A DNA stretch of 64,000 nt from Malacoraja senta (taxonomy: Eukaryota). The stretch spans positions 124,001 through 188,000 of the forward strand of contig JAXLNO010000170.1 in the NCBI GenBank assembly GCA_038087875.1, read 5' to 3'. Below, in pieces: positions 22,595 to 36,114 of this stretch (the stretch's first letter is position 1; every line of letters begins with the position of its first letter). Below the pieces are notes generated by a model. It worked only from the letters and a program-made list of their open reading frames with translations. It did not search any database and had not been told where the DNA came from. A program made the position numbers and the translations under genes.

Positions 22595-25500
22595 AATCAA
22601 AATAAAATGAGTTGTTTGGCCTGCCCTGAGCTTGAAACTGAAATGGCAATGGAAATGAAATGAAATGAAAATGGGATGAGTAATTTGGACTGCCCTATTC
22701 TTGAAAACGAAATGCCAATGGAAATGAAATGAGATGAGATGTTTTGCCTGCCCTGTGTTTTAAACTAATATGGCAATGGAAATGAAATGAAATAAAAATG
22801 AGATGAGTTGTTTGGCCTGCCCTGTGCTTGAAACTGAAATGAGAATGGAAATGAATTAAAATGAAAATGTGATTAGTTGTTTGGCATGCCCTGTACTGTA
22901 AACTGAAATGGCAATGGAAATGAAATGAAATGTAAATGAGATTAGTTGTTTGGCCTGCCCTGGGCTTGAAACTGAAATGGCAATGGAAATGGAATGAAAT
23001 GAAAATGAGATGAGTTGTTTGGCCCACCCTGTGCTTGAAACTGAAATGGCAACGGAAATGATATGAAATGAAAATGAGATGATTTGTTTGGCCTGCTCTT
23101 TGCTTGAAACTGAAATGCCAATGAAAATGAGATGAGTTGTTTGGCCTGCCCTGTGTTTGAAAGTGAAATGAGAATGGAAATGAAATGAAATGAAAACGAG
23201 ATGAGTTCTTTGGCCTCCCCTGTGTTTGAAATTGAAATGGCAATGGAAATATAATGAAATGAAGGTGCCATGAGTTGTTTGGCCTGCCCTGTGCTTGAAA
23301 CTGAAATGGCAATGAAATGAAATGAAATGAAAAGGAGATGAGTTGTTTGGCCTGCCCTGTACTTGAAAATGAAGTGCTAATGGAAATGAAATGAATTAAA
23401 ATGGGATGAGTAGTTTGGACGACCCTATTCTTGAAAACGAAATGCCAATGGAACTGAAATGAAATGAAAATGAGATGAGTTGTTGGGCCTGCTCTGTGCT
23501 TGAAATTGAAATGACAATGTAAATGAAATGAAATGAAAATGAGATGAGTTGTTTGGCCTGACCTGTGATTGCAACTGAAATGCCAATGGAAATTGAATGA
23601 AATGAAAATGAGATGAGTTGTTTGGCCTACCCTGTGCTTGAAAATTAAATGGCAATGGAAATTAAATGAAATGAAAATAAGATGTTGTTTAGCCAACCCT
23701 GTGATTGAAACTGAAATGAAACATAAAAGACAGTAGAAATGAAATGAAATGAAAATGAGAAGAATTGATTGCCCTGTCCTGTGCTTGAAATTGAAATGAC
23801 AATGGAAATGAAATTACATGAAAATGAGATGAGATGAGATGTTTTGCCTGCCCTGTGCTTGACACAAATATTGCAATGGAAAAGAAATGAAAATAAGATG
23901 AGTTGTTTGGCCTGCCCTGTTCTTGAAAATTAATTCCTAATGGATATGAAATGAAATGAAAATGGCATGAGTTGTTTGGACTGCCATATTATTGAAAATG
24001 AAATGCCAATGGAACTGTAATGAAATGAAAATGAGATGAGTTGTTTGGCCTGCTCTGTTCTTGAATCTGAAATGCCAATGGAAATGAAATGAGATAAAAA
24101 TGAGATGAGATGTTTTGCCTGCCTTGTGTTTGAAATTAATATGGCAATGGAAATGAAATGAAATGAAAATGAGATGAGTTGTTTGGCCTGCCCTGTGCTT
24201 AAAAATGAAATGCTAATGGAAATGAAATGAAATGAAAATGGGATGAGTAATTTGGACTTCCCTACTCTTGAAAACGAAATGCCAATGGAACTGAAATGAA
24301 ATGAAAAAGAGATGAGTTGTTTGGCCTGCTCTTTGCTTGAAACTGAAATGCCAATGGAAATGAAATGAAATGAAAATGAGATGAGTTGTTTGGCCTGCCC
24401 TGTGCTTGAAATTGAAATGACATTGGAAACGAAATGAGATAAAAATGAGATAAGTTGTTTGGCCTGCTCTGTGCATGAAACTGAAAAGACAATTTAAATG
24501 AAATGAAATGAAAATGAGATGAGTTGTTTGGCCTGCCCTGTGATTGAAACTGAAATGCCAATGGAAATGGATTGAAATGAAAATGAGATGAGTTGTTTGG
24601 CCTGCCCTGTGATTGAAACTGAAATGCCAATGGAAATGAAATGAAATGAAAATGATATGAGTTGTTTGGCCTGCCCTGTGCTGGAAAATGAAATGGCAAT
24701 GGAAATGAAATGAAATGGAAATGTGATGAGTTGTTTGGCCTGCCCTGGGCTTGAAACTGAAATGGCAATAGAAATGAAATGAAATGAAAATGAGATGAGT
24801 TGTTTGGCCTGCCCTGTGCTTGAAAATGAAATGGCACTGGAAATGAAATGAAGATGTGTTCTTTGGCCTGCCCTGTGCTTGAAACTGAAATGGCAGTGGA
24901 AATGAAACAAAATGAAAATGAGATGAGTTGCTTGGCCTGCCCTGTGTTTGAAACTGAAATGCCAGTGGAAATAGAATAAAATGAAAATGAAATGAGTTGT
25001 TTGGCCTGCCCTGCTATTGAAAATGAAATGCTAATGGAAATGAAATGAAATGTTGTTTGGACTGCCCTATTCATGAAAACGAAATGCCAATGGAACTGAA
25101 ATGAAATGAAAATAAGATGTTGTTTGGCCTGCTCTGTGCTTGAATCTGAAATGCCAATGGAAATGAAATGAAAATTAGATGAGTTGTTTGGCCTGCCCTG
25201 TGCTTAAAATTGAAATGACAATGGAAATTAAATGAGATAAAAATGAGATGAGATGTTTTGCCTGCCCTGTGCTTGAAACTAATATGAAGAGGTAACTAGG
25301 GAAATTGATGAGGGGAAAGCAGTGGATGTTGTCTATATGGACTTCAGTAAGGCCTTTGACAAGGTTCCACATGGAAGGTTGGTTAAGAAGGTTCAATTGT
25401 TGGGTATTAATGGTGGAGTAGCAAGATGGATTCAACAGTGGCTGAATGAGTGATGCCAGAGAGTAATGTGGATGGCTGTTTGTCAGGTTGGAGGCCAGTG

Positions 25501-28500
25501 ACTAGTGGGGTGCCTCAGGGATCTGTGTTGGGTCCACTGTTGTTTGTCACATACATCAATGACCTGGATGATGGTGTGGTAAATTGGATTAGTAAGTATG
25601 CAAATGATACTAAGATAGTTGGTGTTGTGGATAATGAAGTTGATTATCAAAGTCTACAGAGAGATTTAGGCCATTTGGAAGAGTGGGCTGAAAGATGGCA
25701 GATGGAGTTTAATGCTGATAAGTGTGAGGTGCTACATCTTGGCAGGACAAATCAAAATAGGAAATACATGGTAAATGGTAGCGAATTGAGGAATGCAGTT
25801 GAACAGAGGGATATAGGAATAACTGTGCATAGATCCCTGAAGGTAGAATCTCATGTAGATAGGGTGGTAAAGAAAGCTTTTGGTGTGCTGGCCTTTATAA
25901 ATCAGAGCATTGAGTATAGAAGTTGGGATGTAATGTTAAAATTGTACGAGGCATTGGTGAGGCCAATTCTGGAGTATGGTGTACAATTTTGGTTGGCAAA
26001 TTATAGGAAAGATGTCAACAAAATAGAGAGAGTACAGAGGAGATTTACTAGAATGTTGTCTGGGTTTCAGCAACTAAGTTACAGAGAAAGGTTGAACAAG
26101 TTAGGTCTTTATTCTTTAGAGCGCAGAAGGTTAAGGGGGGACTTGATAGACGTCTTTAAAATGATGAGAGGGATAGACAGAGTTGACGTGGATAAGCTTT
26201 TTCCATTGAGATTAGGGAAGATTCAAACAAGAGGACATGATTTGAGAATTAAGGGACAGAAGTTTAGTGGTAACATGAGGGGGAACTTCTTTACTCAGAG
26301 AGTGGTAGCTATGTGGAAAGAGCTTCCATTGGAAGTGGTGGAGGCAGGTTTGATTTTATAATTTAAAAATAAATTGGATAGGTATATGGACGGGAAAGTA
26401 ATGGAGGGTTGTGGTCTGAGTGCAGGTAGATGGGACTAGGGGAGAATAAGTGTTCGGCACAGACTAGAAGGGCCGAGATGGCCTTTTCAGTGCTGTAATT
26501 GTTATATGGTTATATGGGTAAAATGAGATGAGTAGTTTGGCCTGCCTTGTGCTTGAAAATGAAATGCCAGTGGAAATGGAATTATGTGAAAATTAGATGA
26601 GTTGTTTGGCCTGCCGTGTTCTTGAAAATGAATTGCTAATGGAAATGAAATGAAATGAAAATGGGATGAGTTGTTTGGCCTGCCCTGTGCTTGAAAATGA
26701 AATGCCAGTGGAAATGGAATTATATGAAAATGAGAAGAGTTGTTTGGCCTGCCCTGTTCTTGAAAATTAATTGCTGATGGAAATGAAATGAAAATGGGAT
26801 GATTGTTTGGACTGCCCTATTCTTGAAAACGAAATGGCAATGGAACTGAAATGAAATGAAAATAAGATGAGTTGTTTGGCCGGCTCTCTGCTTGAAACTG
26901 AAATGCCAATGGAAATGAAATGAGATAAAAATGAGGTGAGATATTTTGCCTGCCCTGTGTTTGAAACTAACATGGCAATGGAAATGAAATGAAATAAAAA
27001 TGAGATGAGTTGTTTGGGCTGCTCTGTGCTTGATACTGAAATGGCAATGGAAATGAAATGAAATGAAAATTAGATGAGATGTTTGGCTGATCTCTGCTTG
27101 AAACTGAAATGGCAATGGAAATGAAATGAAATGGAAATGAGATGAGTTGTTTGCCCTGCCCTGTGCTTGAAATTGAAATGGCAATGGAAATGAAATGAAA
27201 TGAAAATGAGATGAGCTGTTTGGTCTGCCCTGTGCTTGAAACTGAAATGGCAATGGAAATGAAATGAAATGAAAATGAGACGAGTTGTTTGGCCTGCCCT
27301 GTGCTTGAAACTAAATTGGCAATGTAAATGAAATGAAATGATGATGAGATGAATTGTTTGGCCTACCCTGTGTTTCAAAATGAAATGGCAATGGAAATAA
27401 AATGAAATGCAAATGAAATGAGTTGTATGGCCTGCCCTGTGCTTGAAACTGAAATGGGATGGAAATGAATTGAAATGAAAATGAGATGAGTTGTTTGGCC
27501 TGCACTGTGCTTGAAAATGAAATGGCAATGAAAATGAAATAAAAATGAGATGAGTTGTCTGGCCTGCCCTGTGCTTGAAAATGAAATGGCAATGGAAATG
27601 AAATGAAATGGAAATGAGATGAGTTGTTCGTCATGCCCTGTGCTGGAATCAGAAATAGCAATGGAAATGAAATGAAATGTAAATGTAAATGAGATGAGTT
27701 GTTTGGCCTTCCCCGGGCTTGAAACAGAAATGGCAATGGAAATGAAAAGAATATGAGATGTGTTGTTTGGCCTGCCATGAGATTAAAAATGAAATGGCAA
27801 TGGAAATGAAATGAAATGAAAATGAGATGAGTTGTTTAGCCTGCCATGTGGTTGAAAATGAAATGCCAGTGGAAATGGAATGAAATGAAAATGAGATGAG
27901 TTGTTTGGCCTGCCCTATTTTGCAAAACGAAAATACCAATGGAACTGAAATGAAATGAAAATGAGATGAGTTGCTTGGCCTGCTCTTTGCTTGAAACTGA
28001 AATGGCAATTGAAATGAAATGTAATGAAAATTAGATGGGTTGTCTGGCCAGCCCTGTGCTTGATACTTAAATGCCAATGGAAATGAAATGAAAATGAGAT
28101 GAGTTGTTTGGCCTGCCCTGTGCTTGAAACTAAAATGGCAATGGAAATGAAATGAAATGAAAATGAGATGAGTTGTTTGGCCTTCCCTGTGCTTGAAACT
28201 GAAATGGCAACGGAAATGTAATGAAAATGAGATGAGTTGTTTCGCCTACCCTGTGCTTGAAACTAAAATGGCGATGGAAATGAAATGAAATGAAAATGAG
28301 ATGAGTTGTTTGGCCTGCACTGTGCTTGAAACTGAAATGGCAGTGGAAATGAAATGAAATGATGAGATTAGTTGTTTGGCTTGCCCTGTGCTTGAAACTG
28401 AAATGCCAATGGAAATGGAATGAAATGAAAATGAGATGAGTTGGTTGGCTTGCCCTATTCTTGAAAATTAAATGCCAATGGAAATGAAATGAAATTGAGA

Positions 28501-31500
28501 TGAGTTGTTTGGGCTGCTCTGTGCTTGATACTGAAATGGCAATGTAAATGAAATGAAATGAAAATTAGATGAGATGTTTGGCTGATCTCTGCTTGAAACT
28601 GAAATGGCAATGGAAATGAAATGAAATGGAAATGAGATGAGTTGTTTGCCCTGCCCTGTGCTTGAAATTGAAATGGCAATGGAACTGAAATGAAATGAAA
28701 ATGAGAGGAGCCGTTTGGTCTGCCCTGTGCTTGAAACTGAAATGGCAATGGAAATGAAATGAAATGAAAATGAGATGAGTTGTTTGGCCTGCCCTGTGCT
28801 TGAAACTAAATTGGCAATGTAAATGAAATGAAATGATAATGAGATGGATTTTTTGGCCTACCCTGTGTTTCAAAATGAAATGGCAATGGAAATAAAATGA
28901 AATGCAAATGAAATGAGTTGTATGGCCTGCCCTGTGCTTGAAACTGAAATGGGATGGAAATGAATTGAAATGAAAATGAGATGAGTTGTTTGGCCTGCAC
29001 TGTGCTTGAAAATGAAATGGCAATGAAAATGAAATAAAAATGAGATGAGTTGTCTGGCCTGCCCTGTGCTTGAAACTAAAATGGCAATGGAAATAAAATG
29101 AAATGAAAATGAGATGAAATGTTTCACCAGACCTGTGCTTGAAACTGAAATGGCAATTCAAATGAAATGTAATGAAAATGAGATGAGTTGTTTGGCCTGC
29201 ACTGTGCTTGAAACTGAAATGGCAATGGAAATGAAATGAAATGATGAGATGAGTTGTTTGGCTTGCCCTGTGCTTGAAACTGAAATGCCAATGGAAATGG
29301 AATGAAATGAAAATGAGATGAGTTGTTTGGCTTGCCCTATTCTTGAAAATTAAATGCCAATGGAAATGAAATGAAATTGAGATGAGTTGTTTGGCCTGCC
29401 CTGTGCTTGAAATAGAAATGGCAATGCAAATGAAATGAAATGAAAATGAGATGAGATGGTTTGCCAGCCCTGTGGTTGAAACAAATATGGCAATGGAAAT
29501 GAAATAAAATGAAAATGAGATAAGTTGTTTGGCCTGCTCTGTGCTTGAAACTGAAATTACAATGTAAATGAAATGAAATGAAAATGAGATGAGTTGTTTG
29601 TCCTGCCCTTTGGTTGAAACTGAAATGGAACTGGAAATGAAATGAAAATGAGGTGAGTTGTTTTGAGTTCCCTGTGCTTGAAATTGAAATGGCAATGGAA
29701 ATGAAATGATATGAAAATGAGATGAGTTGTTTGGCCTGCCCTGTGCTTGAAACTGAAATGGCAATGGAAATGAAATGAAAATGAGATGAGTTTTTTCACC
29801 AGCCGTGCTTGAAACTTGTATGGCAATGGAAATAAAATGAAATGGAAATGAGATGAGATGTTTCCCCAGCCCTGTGCTTGAAACTGAAATGCCGATGAAA
29901 ATGAAATGCAATGAAAATGAGATGTGTTGGCTTGCCTGCCCTGTGCTTGCTACTGAAATGCCAATGGAAATGAAATGAGATAAAAATGGGATGAGTTGTT
30001 TTGTATGCCCTGTGCTTGAAACTAAAATGGCAATGGAAATGAAATGAAATGAAAATGAGATGAGTTGTTTGGCTTGCCCTGTGCTTGAAATTGTAATCGC
30101 TATGGAAATGGAAATAATATTAAATTAAAATGAGATGAGTTGTTTGGCCTGCCCTGTGATTGAAACTGAAATGGCAATGGGAATGAAGTGAAATGAAATT
30201 GAGATGAGTTGTTTGGCCTGCCCTGTGCTTGAAATTGAAATGGCAATGGAAATGAAATGAATTGAAAATGAGATGAGTTTTTGGCCTGCCCTGTGCTTGC
30301 TACTGAAATGCCAATGGAAATGAAATGAAATGAAAATGAGATGAGTTGTTTCGCCTGCCCTGTGCTTGCAACTGAAATGGCAATGGAAATGAAATGAAAT
30401 GGAAATGAGATGAGTTGTTTGGTCTGCCCTCTGCTTGGAAATGAAATGGCAATGGAAAAGAATACAAATGAAAATGAGATGAGTTATTTGGCCTGCATCT
30501 GCTTGAATCTGAAATGCAATGGAAAAGAAATGAAATGAAAATGAGATGAGATGTTTCCCCAGCCCTGTGCTTGAAACTAAAAGGGCAATTGAAATGAAAT
30601 GAAATGAAAATGAGATGAGTTGTTTGGCCTGAACTGTGCTTGAAACTGCATTGGCTATGGAACTGAAATGAAATGAAAATGAGATGAGTTGCTTGGCCTG
30701 CCCTGTGCTTGAAATTGAAATGTCAATGGAAATTAAATGAAATGAAAATGAGATGAGTTGTTTGGTCTGCCCTGTGCTTGAAACTAAAATGGCAATGGAA
30801 ATGAAATTAAATGATAATGAGATGAATTGTTTGGCCTACAAAATGAAATGGCAATGGAAATAAAATAAAATGAAAATGAAATGAGTTGTTTGGCCTGTCC
30901 TGTGCTTGAAACTGAAATGACAATGGAAATTATATGAAAATGAGATGAGTTGTTTGGCCTGCCCTGTGCTTGAAACGGAAATGACAATGGAAATGAAATG
31001 AAATGAAAATGAGATGAGTTGTTTGCGATGCCCTGTGCTTGAAACTGAAATGGCAATGGAAATGAAATGAAATGAAAATTAGATGAGTTGTCTTGCCTGC
31101 CCTGTGCTTGAAACTGAAATGCCAATGGAAATGAAATGAAAATGACATGAGTTATTTGGCCTGCCTGGTGCTTGAAACCGAAATGGCAATGGAAATGAAA
31201 TGAAATGAAAATAAGATGAGTTGTTTGGCCTGCCCTGTGCTTGAAACTGTAATGATATTGGAAATGAAATTAGATAAAAATGAGATCAGTTGTTTTGCTT
31301 GCCTTGTGCTTGAAATTCAATTGGCAATGGAAATGAAATAAAATGAAAATGAGATGAGTTGTTTGGCCTGCCCAGTGCTTGAAACTGAAAAGACAATGGA
31401 AATGAAATGAAATTAAAATGAGATGAGTTGTTTTGCCTGCCCTATGCTTGAAACTGTTATGACAATGGAAATGAAATGAGATAAATAATAAAATGAGTAG

Positions 31501-32905
31501 TCTGGACTGCCCTTTGCTTGTTAAGGAAATAGCAATGGAAATGAATAGAAATGAAAATGAGATGAGTTATTTGGCCTGTCCTGTGCTTGAAACTGAAATG
31601 GCAATCAAAATGAAATGAAACGAAACTGAGATGGGGTGTTTGGCCTGCCCTGTGCTTGAAACTGAAATGACAATGGATATGAAATGAGATAAAAATAAGA
31701 TGAGTTGTTTGGCCTGCCCTGTGCTTGAAACTGAAATGACAGTGGAAATTAAATGAAATGGAAATGAGATGAGTTGTTTGGCCTCCCCTGTGCTTGAACT
31801 GAAATGGCAATTGAAATGAAAATGAGATGAGTTGTTTGGCCTGCCCTGTGCTTGAAACTGAAAAGGCAATGGAAATGAAATTAAATTAAAATGAGATGAG
31901 TTGTTTGGCCTGCCCTGTGCTTGAAACTGTTATGACAATGGAAATGAAATGAGATAAAAATGAAATGAGTTGTCTGGCCTGCCCTTTGCTTGATAAGGAA
32001 ATAGCAATGGAAATGAATAGAAATGAAAATGAGATGAGTTATTTGGCCTGCCCTGTGCTTGAAACTGAAATGGCAATGGAAATGAAATGAAAATGAGATA
32101 AGTTGTTTGGCCAGCCCTGTGCTTGAAACTGAAATGACAACGGAAATGAAATGCAATGAAAATGAGATATGCTGTTTGGCCAGCCCTGTGCTTGAAAATG
32201 AAATGGCAATGGAAATGAAATTAAATGGAAATGAGATGAGTTGTTTGGCCTGCCCTGTGCTTGAAACTGAAATGGCAATGGAAATGAAATGAAATTAGTT
32301 GTTTGACCTGCCCTGTGCTTGAAACTGAAATGGCAATGAAAATGAAATGAAATGAAAATGTGATGAGTTAACTGGCCAGCCCTGTGCTTGAAACTGAAAT
32401 GGCTATGGAAATGAAATGAAAAGAACATGAGACGAGTTGTTTGGCCAGCCCTTTATTTGAAACTGAAACGGCAATGGAAATGAAATGCAATGAAAATGAG
32501 ATATGTTGTTTGGCCAGCCCTGTGCTTGTAAATGAAATTGCAATGGAAATGAAATTAAATGAAAATGAGATGAGTTGTTTGGCCTGCCCTGTGCTTGAAC
32601 CTGAAATGGCAATGGAATTGAAATGAAAATGAGATGAGTTGTTTGGCCAGCCCTGTGCTTGAAACTGAAATGGCAATGGAAATGAAATGCAATGAAAATG
32701 AGATATGTTGTTTGGCCTGCCCTGTGCTTGAAACTGAACTGGCAATGAAAGTGAAATGAAATGAAAATGTGATGAGTTCTCTGGCCAGCCCTGTGCTTGA
32801 AACTGAAATGGCAATGTCAATGGAAATGAAATGAAAATGAAACTAAAAAGCCTGTCCTGTGCTTAAAGGTGAAATGGAAATGAAATGAATTGTATGGCCT
32901 GCCTG
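22595..32905 (+). repeat. ~69-bp satellite array (~130 monomers), GAAAT-rich
   Basis: Monomer gagatgagttgtttggcctgccctgtgcttgaaactgaaatggcaatggaaatgaaatgaaatgaaaat is tandemly repeated with variable GAAAT number. A CR1 interrupts it at ~25285-26518. Confidence 0.95.
25285..26518 (+). mobile_element. 5'-truncated CR1 LINE inserted in the satellite (same subfamily as copy B)
   Basis: ORF 25450..26361 is highly similar to 8087..9046 ([31 protein letters not shown]) and has the same gttatatggttatatgg tail. Confidence 0.92.
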
Positions 32906-33274
32906 AGACCACACGGCGCCTATTAGCCAAGAAACCAGTCCCTTTTGCCGAAAACGCCCGAATTACCCCAGGAAGAGCATTTTGGCCCGAAAGGTACGTG
33001 CCAGGCCAGGAAAAGTCCCCCAAAATAATCAGGCCTGTACTAGCCTGGGAGTAGTCTCCTCAGTCCATCAGTAAGTATTCCCCCTGCAAGTATTAAACCT
33101 CACCCCAGTATTTTTCTCCCACCCTTCATTGTGAGATCCATGCCAGGATAGACTTTCCTCCATCATTGCTCTGATCTGCAGAAATAGATGAAAAATGTCT
33201 AAAATTGATTCTCCACCCTCCCCCCTTCTCTCTCACAGTCTCTCACCTGTTTTGGGCAAAATTTCTGGCTGTTT

Positions 33275-33640
33275 CTGAGCTGCCAGCCCACCAGCCATGG
33301 ATGACTGAGTTGCCAGCCCACCAGCCCTGAGTGACTGAGCTGCCAGGCCACCAGGCCTGAATGACTGAACTGCCAGCACACCAGGCCTGAGTGACTGAGC
33401 TGCCAGCCCATCAGGCCTGAGTGACTGAGCTGCCAGCCCACCAGGCCTGAGTGACTGCCAGCCCACGAGGCCTGAGTGACTGAGCTGCCAGCTCACCAGG
33501 CCTGAGTGACTGAGCTGCCAGCCCACCAGGCCTGAGTGACTGCCAGCCCACCATGCGGGAGTGACTGAGCTGCCAGCCCACGAGGCCCGAGTGACTGAGC
33601 TGCCAGCCCACCAGGCCTGAGTGACTGAGCTGCCAGCCCA
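33275..33640 (+). repeat. ~30-bp minisatellite (ccaggcctgagtgactgagctgccagccca)n, about 12 copies
   Basis: Directly visible tandem copies. An inverted copy lies at 19562-19700. Confidence 0.9.
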
Positions 33641-33899
33641 AGAATCCATTCGGCCCAAAATGTCCAGGCATGAGTGACTGAGTCCCTTGGAAACTAGTCC
33701 CTTCGGCCCACAACCCGCATACTAGTGCTCCAGAAAGTGCCCCCCCCCATCCACTGGCCACCAATAATGGAATTGGTGCAGAGGTGGAATATTGCGTTGG
33801 GGGACCAGCCTCCCCGCATGAACATGGACCCAATGGGTCCCACTTCATCTAGTAGGTTGATCTGTCTGTCTGTCTGTCTGTCCGTCTGTCCATCTGTCT

Positions 33900-34190
33900 T
33901 TCTATCTTTCCATCTTTCCTAAAACTCTTGTCTTGTCGTCTTCCGGCTTGCGTTGTTTTTAAATTTGCAGAAAACGGTACCCGATTGGATGGCAACGCCC
34001 CTTCTGGCACCCGCTGTCAATCACCGAGGCAAGGAGAATAAAGCCCCGGAGGCCGGGCTGATTTCATGAGCAGCGCTGAGCCACGAAGCGGTTGGGGTGA
34101 GTGCGGCCGGGAGCCGGGTGGCCCTGAGTGACGCCGGGGCCGGGAAGCGCTGAGTGACACCAGGTCCTGGAAGCACTGAGGGAAGCCGTA
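33900..34190 (+). mobile_element. 5' part of another Helitron-family copy
   Basis: Begins shortly after CTAG at 33852. It shares ctgtcaatcacc..gcccctt..aaagccccgga with 22405-22470, and an inverted copy lies at 37335-37590. Confidence 0.5.
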
Positions 34191-34804
34191 GTCCCCTCCC
34201 CGTCCACACACCCCCACCACACACAACCTCTCCCTCCCACACAAACCCCTCACCCCCATATACACACTCCCTCCCCCCCACACATCCCTCCTTCCCTCCC
34301 CCAACACCCCTCCCCCCCTCCCCCCAACACCCCTCCTCCCTTCCCCCAACACCCTCCTCCCGTCCCCGGCACACCCCTCCTCCCCCACACCCCAACCCTT
34401 CCCCCCACACCCCATCCCCTCCCCCACCCATGCACACCCTCCCCCTCCCCACGCACCCCCCCCCACCCATGCACCCACCTCCCCCTCCCACGCACTCCCC
34501 CTCACACTCACCCCCTTCCCCTCCCACTGACCTCCTCCCCCTCCCACTGACACCCTCCCCCTCCCCGCACCCCCTACCCTCTCCCACACCCCTCCCACGC
34601 ACACCCTCCCGCGCACCCCTCCCCTCCCACGCTCCCCCTCCCACTCCAACGCACCCCCTCCCACCCACCCCCTCCTCCCTTCCCACGCGCTCCACTCCCC
34701 CTCCTATGCACCTCCCTCCCCCCTCCTACGCGCCCCTTCCCACGCACCCCCCTTACACGCACCCTCCTTGCACGCAGCCCCTTCCCATGCACTACCCTCC
34801 CACT

Positions 34805-35345
34805 CATAGTTCTCTGGCTCTTGTACCTTCTTCCCGATGGCAGTGGTGAGATCAGTGTGTGACCAGGATGGTGTGGGCCTTTGATGATGTTGGCTGCATT
34901 TTTGAGGCAGCGACTACGATGAATCCCTTCGATGGTGGGAGGTCAGAGCCAATGATGGACTGGGCAGTGTTTACAACTTTTTGCAGTCTTTTCCGCTCCT
35001 GGACGTTCAAGTTGCCAAACCAGGCCACGATGCAACCGGGCAGCATGCTCTCTACTGTGCACCTGTAGAAGTTCATGAGAATCCTCTTTGACATACCGAC
35101 TCTCCGTAATCTTCTCAGGAAGTAGAAGCGTTGATGTGCTTACTTTATAATTGTGTCAGTGTGCTGGGTCCAGGAAAGATCGTCAGAAATATATGCTCAG
35201 GAGTTTGAAGTTGTTGACTCTCTCCTCCATCGTCCCATTGATGTAAACAGGATTGTGGGTCCTCAACCTTCCTCTTCCAAAGTCCACAATCAGTCTTTGG
35301 TTTTGCTGATATACAGACCCAGGTTGTTGTGTTGGCACCATATGG
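34805..35345 (-). mobile_element. Rex1/Babar LINE 3' fragment
   Basis: Reads NFYRCTVESMLPGCIVAWFGNL..ERKRLQKVVNTAQSIIG. Same family as 41365-42182. Confidence 0.85.
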
Positions 35346-35349
35346 TCAT

Positions 35350-35696
35350 TGTGATGCAGAACACGCAGTTATTACTGCGCAGATCATTAGCAGAGATTTC
35401 AAATCACAGCTCAAGCTTTGGCCATTCTCTGTCTGGCTTACAGAGAGACTCTAGTTCATTGAAACCATCTCTTATCGCTTAAGAAGCAGTTAGCTGTCAG
35501 TTCTCTCGAAACTTCAACCGCAGGATTTTCTTTTGTGTTAACATATTTCAATTGTGAAACGTTACTAACTCCCAATGCTCTTTCCATTGGCAAATTGTCT
35601 TTGTCCAAATCCAACTCTCTGGTTACTTTGGCTCTATCATCTAGTGGAATGCTTTCACAATTGTTGCTGATCCACTTGGAAAGCATGAATCCTCCC
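35350..35696 (-). mobile_element. BEL/Pao LTR retrotransposon pol fragments
   Basis: GGFMLSKWISN..ESIP..RAK..LDLDKDNLPMERALGV is joined to YVNTKENPA..SR..KRWF. These are BEL/Pao RT/RNase H-region motifs. Confidence 0.7.
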
Positions 35697-35872
35697 TGTA
35701 GTGTATTTGGATACTTGGAACTGACTCAAAAGAACACTCAGATACAGGAGTAAACTGACAAGCTTCTTTATTCTAGGACGCCACCTTGAGTCTCCCCTAG
35801 CGCATGCGTCCCCTTGCACAAGACATAACATATGCTAATTATATTACATACATCACACTGCTCCCCCTTTAA
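35697..35872 (-). mobile_element. 3' LTR (35697-35857) with polypurine tract (35858-35872) of a minus-strand LTR element
   Basis: On the minus strand TTAAAGGGGGAGCAG is immediately followed by TGTGATG...CACTACA (TG..CA, imperfect inverted ends) with an internal AATAAA (tttatt at ~35768). The PPT segment is duplicated at ~35911-35926. Confidence 0.7.
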
Positions 35873-36114
35873 CTTGGAGGCAGGTAACACCATCACATTA
35901 TATACATTACACTGCTCCCCCTTTAGCTTGGAGGCGAATAACACCATTTCTATTACATTAAATATAATTGATTAACACACTGTTGCAAAATTATATTATT
36001 AGTCATCTTACATTACATCCTCATAACTGTAATAATCGTATCTAAACTTAGCACTTATAATGGTTCATTCCACTCATCTTCCTTAAACCAAATACATTAC
36101 CCCTTGCTTTATGT

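Larger units (their letters stand above)
22216..33852 (+). mobile_element. Non-autonomous Helitron-like element containing an expanded satellite array
   Basis: Starts tatataattaaaaatctcatattgaccacttcctg directly after the previous CTAG. Ends with hairpin ggaccc-aat-gggtcc (33826-33840), then CTAG (33849-33852), then T. No RepHel ORF is seen. Confidence 0.65.

Noticed and set aside
22695..32820. Many long F/H/I/S/Q-rich ORFs (up to 448 aa) on the minus strand
   Set aside because: They are translations of the 69-bp satellite (a multiple of 3, stop-poor on that strand), not genes.
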